Of a stretch of 64,000 nt of DNA, positions 52,244 to 64,000 are shown piece by piece. This DNA comes from the human T2T-CHM13v2.0 reference genome, Homo sapiens: the NCBI RefSeq assembly GCF_009914755.1, contig NC_060926.1; one strand, 5' to 3'. The notes under the pieces were generated by a model, which was given only the letters and a program-made list of their open reading frames with translations, ran no database searches and had not been told where the DNA came from. The translations under genes and the position numbers were made by a program. Position 1 is the first letter of the stretch; each line of letters starts with the position of its first letter.

Positions 52244-54188
52244 TTATATTTTTAAAAAAATAAGTAGACAGTTAGTCTTCAGATACTACACCTGAACATT
52301 CCCAGCTCCATGCCTTGGCTTATGCCCTTCTCTCTCCTACCTCTCCAAATGCCCTTTCATTTTCGGATTCTACCAATGTCCTAGTCTGAGCCTACACACA
52401 CCACAGTAATCCCTTCTCTGAATTCCAAGAGCATTTCTTATTTTCTATTTAAAAACAAAACAAAAAAACCTCTGTATGTACATATTATTTTAACACTTTA
52501 TGAGACTTATATTAATGTTCAGCAAAAAGGCAAGAAAATAAGGACTTTGGCATACTTAATATGTATCACGTACTCTACCAAACACCTTCTATAATTAATC
52601 TCATTTAATTAGGACTATGACATAATTATTGTCTTGTTCTCTTTTAATTTTCAGAATGTTCACAATTTATCTCATCCCAAACCAGATAAGCCCTCTAAAG
52701 GCAGAAGCCTTCATTCATGCACTCAACATAAAATAATTAAGTGCCTACTAAGTGCTTCCCACTTGTATTGAGGACACAACAAAAAGCGGATTTTTGCATT
52801 CTACTAGATTATAAATCTGCTGAGGACAACAGCTAAATAAAAATAGACTCAACTGTTCCATCCCAAAGTGCCTTGCAATACTGCGGTTATTCAATGTTAT
52901 TTGATTTAAAAGATAAAAGTTCAATCACAGTAAATGGAAAAAAACAGGCAAGAACATACGAAGTAGAAGTATAAACAATAATTACCATAAACTAGAAAGT
53001 CTGTTTTTCCTTAACCTTTGAACATTTTTTTAATTCTCAGTTTTTTTGCCTATACAAAGGTGGCTATGAAATGTGAATTAGAGCTCCTATTAATAAAACA
53101 AAATAAATAAAAAACGTTGGTATTAACATGTAAATAATAAATTTATAAATATTTTAAATATTACGTACTTAGACAAAAGCAAAGTAACAAAAGCAGATAG
53201 GAAATATCATGAAAACAATTTCTCTAAAAAAAAACTTATGATGCCTAATCCCCTGAATAAAGACATTTAAGCCTTTCTTGCTTCATATTTAGACAAAAAT
53301 CTTCCTGCTTGCTTATGTTCCTATTTCATCTCTGAAAAGACTGTAAGCAATCAGTTGTCTGAGACACCATTCCTGGACAGTAATAGTGTGCTGTCCTTAG
53401 TATATGAAGATGTAATTACTGTAGTAACAATAAAAACCTAAGCTTTCAGATTGGATTCTGTTTTGGTTTTATTTTCTTCTACCACTACAATAAATGACAC
53501 ATCATCTTTTACTCTAATGATAAATGGTGCATAATTTTAATACAACTATGTGGAATTAAGAGAGAAATTCATGCTTATGGAACACGATTTATATTCTGTG
53601 AAGTATTAACAATGACTAAGTGAATGAACACGTAATCTGATTTAACTAACACCATCTTATTAATTGATATTACATATATAGATCAAAATTTTGTAATATA
53701 TTGAACAGGACTTAACAGAAAACTACATGTATGTAAGTGACTAATAATCTTTCAATACAATGATGAAGCCAACAGAAAACTATAAAAACTATATTTGAGA
53801 AAGATGGAAAGTGGTAATAGGAGTATGCATGTTCTCCAACTTCTAAATTAGAGAAAATCTTATGAGTCAGCAAGTTAACATTTAATTTGATTATTTTTGA
53901 TGTTACCAGCCCCAGAAATAGCATTCTGAAACAGATTACAGGCTTTCTTCTTTCTATTTGTTGTTACATCAACTATCACAACTCACCTTTCATTTTGTTG
54001 CTGAATTTTCAGAATAAAGCATGTGTGTTAAAATTCTCCTTCTGAAATAATCTTTCTATGTTCTTACATATTTAGGTTTGGAATATGGTTCATGATGGCA
54101 GAATTGTCCAGGTCAATATAGTAAAATACTCTGACAAAGACAGTAGGACCCAGACTCAAGCTGCGGAAGAGATAAATAAGCTCAGTTA

Positions 54189-54865
<677 letters not shown>

Positions 54866-55282
54866 AAATTTGCTGCATAGACATGACCATATTCATTTGA
54901 GAGCAACTTAATAAATATGTATCTTGAAAAGATAGTTTAGAAAAGAAACTTACAGGCTATGACCAGAGTGATTATAAAACACTCTCTTAACAGTTAGCAG
55001 GAGGAAGAAAAAGTGTATTCTTTAAAAGGACTTCATTACTAGTAAATAGTTCTATAAAGAAAAGTAGGGGAAAAAAGGCAAAGAAACATGAAACTAAGTC
55101 AATGAAAAGCAAATAGGCTATGATCACATATCTAAAGGCCATGAACATGGCAATGAGTATTTTAAAGAATCTAAAAAGTGTACTTTGAATTTTAAAGTAT
55201 TTTGAGAGATTAATTTTATAAAAGGAAAAAGTGTTATCATGCAGAAGGAACATACTTAGTATAATCAAAAGTTTAAGAAATT

Positions 55283-55582
55283 GGCCAGGCGTGGTGGCTC
55301 ACACTAGTAATATCAGCATTTTGGGAGGCCGAGGCGGGTGGATCACCTGAGGTCAGGAGTTCAAGATCAGCCTGGCTGACATGGCAAAACACCGCCTCTA
55401 CTAAAAGCACAAAAATTAGCCAGGTGTGGTGATGTACACCTGTAATCACAGCTACTTGGGAGGCTGAGGCACAAGAATTGCTTGAATCTGGGAGGCAGAG
55501 GTTGCAGGGAGCCAAGATCATGTCACTGTACTCCAGCATGGGCAATAGAGCAAGATTCTGTCTCAATTAAAAAAAAAAAAAA
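55283..55582 (+). mobile_element. Alu (S-like)
   Basis: Alu consensus; TSD AGTTTAAGAAATT. Confidence 0.93.
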
Positions 55583-56098
55583 GAGTTTAAGAAATTAAGG
55601 AAAGCTGAGCGTAAGGAAACCTTTTCAAGGGTAGTACTAGTATAGCTCAAACCTGGTTTGAATTCCAGCTTTGTCACTTACTGGGTAAGTAAGTAGCAGC
55701 CTTAAGCCCAACTGGTGTTTGCTATTTGCATGTATTTTCATAAATAAAAGTGGTCTGCAGCGTTTTTACAGTGTTGTCAAACTTCAAGGTTATTAAAACT
55801 ATTAATATCCTGTTTAATGTTTAAGAATAAATAACTATTTGATATCTTTTAACTATTGTCCTATCACTGACTTTTAAGACTCTTAATGACAATTTTGTGA
55901 TTTTTCATGTAATCATCCTTTATATCTTACTTAGCAAGTTCTCTATTAGACATAATATATGTCTGCTGAATGAAACTTTAATTACAGATATCTTTGAACA
56001 TTTATTAAAATTATATTTGTACTTGTAAGAAATATTTAAACAATGCTTTGTTTTTCTAAACTAAAAGAAAACCAATAGCACAAACCTTCATTTTCTAA

Positions 56099-56370
<272 letters not shown>

Positions 56371-56689
56371 GTTTTTTGTTTTAATCAAGCTATTGCGTGG
56401 GATACACTGTACTGACATTCTTTTTCCGAAGCCACTCAGGGATCTCCCGTTGCTTTTACAGACCAATTACCTGATACATCATACACCATACCTTATCTCA
56501 GATACATTAATTAGACGTGATGATAATATCTAGCTTTCCCACTGTGGCTTACAAAGCACTTTCATATACCTATCTTATTCGCATTATATATCTTAATTCT
56601 TCACAGCAGTAACATGAGGTAGGAATCAAAAATAGATTCAAAAAAGGCATTCAACAAAATTCAACATCTATTCTTTCCTTATTATTATT

Positions 56690-56822
56690 ATTATTATTTT
56701 TTGCAGTGACAGGGTCTCAGTATGCTACCCAGACTGGTCCCAAACTCCTGAGCTCAAGCAATCCTCCCACCTCAGCCTCCCAAAGTGCTAGGATTACAGG
56801 CATGAGCCACCATACCCAGCCA
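56690..56822 (-). mobile_element. Alu monomer (FLAM-like)
   Basis: Single reverse left monomer; TSD CA(A/G)CATCTA. Confidence 0.85.
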
Positions 56823-57684
56823 GCATCTAGTCTTTTTAAAGTTCATTTTGCCACTTAATAGTGGAAATAGTTTCTGACACAAAATCACTATTCTGTAAGC
56901 ATTTGCTGAACAGAATAAAAGTAAATAAAACAGGTTTCAAAAAGTGATTCAAAATAGTGTAACAACTAAAAGTATATTAAATCAAAAGTCATATACTAGG
57001 GAAAGACCACGATACAGTATTTAGGACAAAAAGGAATAATCCTGAAAAGAACCTGAATCCATTCACATTCTAACCAATATACTGTAGTAAAATCTATTCA
57101 TTCATTTACTGAGTACCTACCACGTACCAAAACTTTGTTTAAGCATTTGGGTCATATTCCCACCATAGACATAGTTCAATTTTTCATTGAACTTATAATC
57201 TACATAAAATACTGATAGTTTAATTTTTTAAAGTACTTTTTACATTCTTGTAGAAATAGTATAACCCTTTCTGATTACTGAAGAAATGAACATTATAATC
57301 GGAGTTAAGATATATGTAGTAAACATATTCAAATGAGGCATTTTATATAAGATGTACTTCGAAGGAAAAGTAATAGAAGAAATATAAGAGAAATAATTTT
57401 AAAAAGGTTACCTTCTTAAAAGGTGAATATTAGTCAATATTAATAAACAAAATAGCCAGATTCTACTCAGAAACAAATGGCAGGAGGTTGATAAAGAACC
57501 ATGAGAATATATAGAGCTGAATCATCACACGGAAAACTGCAGAGTCTAATTAGTAATAAAAAATACAAATTATCACAGTTGAAAATATTAATAGTTGGTG
57601 AAGCTGAGTAAAAGTTTCCTGTATTCCTCTTGAAACTTTTCTGTAAATCTGAAAACATTTTTGTCTTAAAAAAAGTAAATTAGG

Positions 57685-58300
<616 letters not shown>

Positions 58301-58674
58301 CAAAGGAAGTAAATTAAAATGATAAAACCCAATGTTCACAGGCAGATGAATTACAGATATTAAATGAATTACATATAAAGATTTATATATTGTTGGTGGC
58401 AATGCAAATTAGTTCAATCTCTTCTGCAAAAGGGGACTATAAAGCTATGTGCAGACTCTATGATCTGGTCATTGCGCCTTGGAAAATACAACCCAAGAAC
58501 ACCAGCAGCCCCTTTCTTCACATCGCTCTCCACCCCATAAAAAAGTAATGTTCAAAGCTGTTAAATGACATGCTCTATTTTAGCTTCTATTTTTATCATC
58601 TGAATTATTTCCTTTGAATTTGCCTTTCAATGCATTTCTCAAGATGAACAGAATCATGGTGCAAAATTTTATAA

Positions 58675-59062
<388 letters not shown>

Positions 59063-59069
59063 TAACCAT

Positions 59070-59570
59070 TGTGGTAGATGTTGTGGGCCGGCTATTCGAA
59101 ATACATATTCCCAAGCCCCTTCTAACTTGTAGCTTCCCACTATAGAATCTGGAACGCCAAGGGCCTGCTTTCTTAGATTCTACTGTGGCCAAACACGGCT
59201 ATGTGACCAATGAGTGATACATGTATGTCTGCTGGGAATGGGGAAAAGACACTTCTGGGAAAGCTTATCACTCACTGATAAAGGAGACTTACTCCAAAAA
59301 TAACCCAAACAGACCTTTTTGTTGCTTTTCCCTGTGGTCTTAATGTCTGTAGCTATAGCAATCTTATAATCATAATGTATCAAAAAGGACAATGGCAATC
59401 AAGGATGGCAGATGAGAAAGAAAAAACCTAGTTTTTTTATGTCATTGCTAAGCCACTGCACCAGTCCTTGACTACCCATATTTTTCTCATGTAAAAATGA
59501 GAAAAATATCACCTCTACTTGTTAAGTCACTGTTAAAAGGGTTTACCAGCAGCCAAAAGCATTCCTGATA
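59070..59570 (+). mobile_element. MaLR solo LTR (MLT1-like)
   Basis: Starts TGTGGTAGA; internal ggctatgtgacc and ggatggcaga; ends cttgttaagtcactgtt...cagccaaaagcattcctgata. Confidence 0.7.
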
Positions 59571-59844
59571 TTCATTCCACTATAATTGGGTATTTAGTTT
59601 GTTTGTAATTTTTCCCTATTACAAAATCATTTGCCAGCGGTGCTCTTGATGCATATAGAATTTTAATGCTTTTTAAAAAGATTTCCCATGGAGAGACTAC
59701 TATAAGCGGGATCAACAGGTCAAATATAACTATTTCATATCTCTTAATAGATACTGACCAATTGACAATACCACGAACAAGGTATGAGGGTAAAGTTCTA
59801 ACATATCTATCTCTCCCAGTACTGGGTGTTAGCATCAATTTTTC

Positions 59845-60135
59845 TTTTTTTTTGAGACGGAGTCTTGCTCTGTTGCCCAGGCTGGAGTGCAGTGGCGTGA
59901 TCTCAGCTCACTGCAACCTCCTTCTCCTGGATTCAAGCAATTCTGATGACTCAGCCTTCTGAGTAGCTGGGATTACAGGCACGCAACACCACACCCAGCT
60001 AATTTTTGAATTTTTGGTAAAGACAGAGTTTCACCATGTTGGCCAGGCTGGTGTCGAACTCCTGACCTCAAGGGATTTGCCCGCCTCGGCCTCCCAAAGT
60101 GCTGGGATTACAGGTGTCAGCCACCATGCCCGGCC
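59845..60135 (-). mobile_element. Alu (S-like)
   Basis: Reverse Alu consensus. Confidence 0.93.
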
Positions 60136-60662
60136 ATTTATTTTTTTAATTAATAGAAATATATATTGCTTTAATGTATGCTTCTTTGATGATTATTAAT
60201 AATACTTTTCTGCCATATATTACTGCCCTACCAAAAAACCACCCAAATGCTCAAAAAGAGAGTTCAGTAAACTATATTTTGACTGATTTTTTAAATTCTT
60301 GTTAGTAAAAATGTAACATAGAAGGAAAAAAACAAACTTTACGTAGACATATAAAGCAAAAAACTGAGAGATACACCTCTTTATCCTCATCCCACTCCCC
60401 AGAGGTAATCAGTGTGAACAACTGCTGAATTCCCTTCTCAACTTTCTTGTATGAAGAGACAGAAAGATAAGCAAAAACATCTATTTTGGTTATACAATTA
60501 TTAAAAATAAGTACAGGGACTAGAACTATATATATATATATAAATATATAAGATTAATAAAACTTTTACGAAGCTCTTACTATGTTACATTGTTCTAAGT
60601 ATTATATTTATTAAATCATTTCACTGTCACACAAAAACAGAAGACATAAAACAGTTAAAATA

Positions 60663-61280
<618 letters not shown>

Positions 61281-61849
61281 TCATACTTAAAACATATATA
61301 TACACACTAACAGACAGTTGAAAATACAGATGTTAGAGTTAAATTTTTATTAAGTTGTTTTTCTCTTAATATACAAAAGCAATGCAGATATAACGAAAAA
61401 ACGTTATAAAGAAGGAAAGACTGATATCTAAGTTCATACACTGTTGATTTTGCCATCAAGGTGGGCACTCCTCATAGGTAGAAGGAAATATATGGCTGCA
61501 GTTCCAAGAGTTTTCAGGATATTTGGTAATCTCATATAAACAATTGAAGTTTTTGCGCACACAAACAAAATAATGTGTAAGAGAATAAGACACAGAAAAT
61601 ATATCCTTTAAAAATTAAATCCATTACATAAGCCCATGTCTGTTATTTTAAGTAATGTTCCTAGTAGAAACACAAATCCCAATGACTTCATTTAACTTAC
61701 AAGTATAGATTTATCTTTAATAAAATTATCATTGTTTTCTGTTAAAACTGTAACACTAACCTGAAAAATTGCCAAAAATAAATTATAGAACAAAAAAAGA
61801 AAACTGTTCCTATTTGTAAATATACATAGCAGAAGATTTCAATAAATGG

Positions 61850-62200
61850 ACAGAAAGACATTCCATGCTCCTTAGATGGAATACAAAGGATAGAAGCAAG
61901 CAGTTCAGAGAGGAGGAAACCCAAAAGGCTAACATACTATGGAAGAGATGCTTAAATTCAGTCGTAATCAGAGAAATGCAAATTAATATAAGTAGGAGAT
62001 ATAACTTTAAATTTATCAGACTAGCAAGAAGTAGAATGCTAGATAATGCCAAGTGTTAGCAGCAATATGGGATCACATACTGCAAATGGGAACGTAGACC
62101 AGAGCAGTCATTCTGGAAAGCAATGTGCAGTACTTAGTCAAATCAAGTGTATATATAGCCAACAAACCAGCAATTCCAATATTTAGTAATATGTCAAAGA
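61850..62200 (+). mobile_element. Old L1 (L1ME-like) ORF2 3' fragment
   Basis: gaagagatgcttaaattca...aatcagagaaatgcaaattaa...gataatgccaagtgtt. Confidence 0.7.
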
Positions 62201-62525
62201 AATGATCAAACAGTTAAAAGTAATGGATTTAATATACATAAAACATCACAGCTGGATCTTTTTAAAAAAAGAGAAAAATGGGACAATTGGATTTTTATAA
62301 ATAAAAAACGTGTAGGAAAAACAACGATATTTTATAAAGATACTTTTTTAAAAGAAGGGAAATAAATATGAGAGGAATAGAGATAAAAATGGGTAAGTAA
62401 ATTAAACAACAGAGGGACCATGTGCAGACCAAGCGATGTCTAACTAGGAGAACTTAATTCTCTGTACCTGAGTTCAAAATAACATTATCAAAAATACATA
62501 ATGACTTTATATTTAAGAATGCAGA

Positions 62526-62814
62526 GGTCAGGCATGGTGGCTCGCGCCTGTAATCCCAGCACTTTGGGAGGCCGCGGCAGGCGGATCATGAGGTCAGGAG
62601 TTTGAGACCAGCCTGGCTAACGTAGTGAAACTCCGTCTCAACTAAAAATACAAAAAATTAGCTGGGTGTGGTGGCATGCATCTGTAATCCCAGCTACTCA
62701 GGAGGCTGAGGCAAGAGAATCGCTTGAACCAAGAGGCAGAGTTGCAGTGAGCCAAGATCGCAACACTGCACTCCAGCCCGGGCGACAGTGCAAGACTGTC
62801 TCAGAAAAAAAAAA
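62526..62814 (+). mobile_element. Alu (Sg-like) inserted in L1
   Basis: Alu consensus; TSD AAGAATGCAGA. Confidence 0.93.
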
Positions 62815-63720
62815 GAATGCAGAAGTAAAAATCCTAAATAAAATATTAACAAAACAAATACAGCAGTGTATCAAAAGAGAAATACTACAGGACCAACTTG
62901 ATTTCATTAGTTAGTTAAATGAGAAAAAACAACATATTATCTTAGACGCAAAAAATCAATTCACGAAATTCAACATCTACTAGTTTTAACATCTCTTAGA
63001 AAACTAGAAACATTTTTAACATGCCACATAGTAATTCTTAGAAAGCAATGATAAATACTACACTTAACAGTTATACAGTTTTCATGTAACTTTAAAATAA
63101 ACTTTTTTTTTAAGGAAAAACCCTGTAGCATGACCATCATGATACAAAGCTCTAGAGTTAATAGCCAATACTAGAAAAAGACAGGTATAAATACTGGAAA
63201 ATACTAGAAAAAGAGAGGTATAAATACTGGAAAATACTAGAAAAAGAGAGGTATAAATACCGGAAATATTTCCAGTTGATTTTTTTCTACCTAAATATTT
63301 CCAGTTGATTTTTTCCAGTATAAATACTGGAAAATACTAGAAAAAGAGAGGTATAAATACCAGAAATATTTCCAGTTGATTTTTTTCTACCTAAAACATC
63401 CAAATATGAGAAAGAAAAATAAAAGAGAGAAATAATAAAGTATTTCTGCAAGGTGACCAAATGACTTTGCACACAGCAGCAGAGCTTTCCCATGTGTTGG
63501 AAATAACCAGTTAAGAGATAAAATGGAAAAAAGATCCCACTCACACTAGTAATAAAACCTACAAATTATTTACTTTATTCCTAGGTATTTAAGTATAGGA
63601 TATCTCTACTTAAGGAATTAAGAAAAATCTTGTTTGAGAAGACTTGAAATGTAAACATCCCAATTATTACCAAGGTAAGCGCAAGCTCAATAAAAATCCC
63701 ACGTGTGTGTGTGTATACAG
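62815..63720 (+). mobile_element. Old L1 ORF2 (RT-region) fragment containing a complex local duplication
   Basis: aaaaatcctaaataaaatattaacaaaacaaatacagcagtgtat, gaccaa, aaattcaacatc motifs. Confidence 0.75.
63167..63395. repeat. Complex tandem repeat (33-bp unit x3, 29-bp partial duplication, 100-bp-period copy)
   Basis: CTAGAAAAAG at 63171, 63204, 63237 and 63337. Confidence 0.92.
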
Positions 63721-64000
63721 AAAATGTGGTATACACTAAATTGTTAATAGAATTTCTCTCTAAACAGTAGGTTTGTAAAAAGGAATGGAGAGAGGCTAGG
63801 GTACTTTCTACTTCATATGTCTCTGTATATCCTGTGTTTTTGTATATACATGTATTTTTATTTTAAATAAATCATTTCTTCTAACGTAAAATTTAGACAG
63901 TTTCTAAAAATCTAAATTTAACTCAATTCCAAATAAGAACTAAAACTGTTTCTTTTTTGTAAAAAAGTTGATAGTTTCTAGTCAATGATTCATTTTCCAA

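Noticed and set aside
53981-54041. Perfect donor AAG|GTGAGT in intron 1
   Set aside because: Nearby acceptors give 14- or 55-nt frameshifting segments, the longer with an in-frame stop; orphan donors are expected in 20 kb of intron.
63167-63395. CRISPR-like look of the 33-bp repeats
   Set aside because: Units are contiguous with no unique spacers, there are no cas genes, and the context is a primate intron.

Overview
Primate (almost certainly human) genomic DNA, AT-rich and very Alu-dense. It lies entirely inside STRN (striatin, the PP2A B''' scaffold of STRIPAK), which runs on the minus strand. I read coding exons 2-9 by hand (42346-42243, 33289-33216, 22755-22677, 19888-19721, 16792-16657, 11167-11032, 3965-3855, 1214-1071). 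All have GT/AG ends and splice into one open frame matching striatin residues ~79-396 as I recall the protein. Positions 42347-64000 are intron 1 (exon 1 lies beyond the window) and 1-1070 are intron 9. Nearly all ORFs in the supplied track are Alu/L1/L2 artefacts. The rest is about 57 Alus or Alu fragments, old L1/L2/MIR, DNA-transposon relics, a MaLR LTR, a 3'-truncated U6 retrocopy and microsatellites; repeat boundaries and subfamilies are by eye and approximate. I see no new gene or new standalone system. The best candidate for something undescribed is a cluster of frame-preserving, phase-1 cassette-exon candidates (87, 57 and possibly 18 nt) in Alu-free intron 8, between two skippable exons. 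A cryptic-exon module in intron 3, the STRN-ALK breakpoint intron, comes second. Both are sequence predictions only and may already be in transcript annotation.
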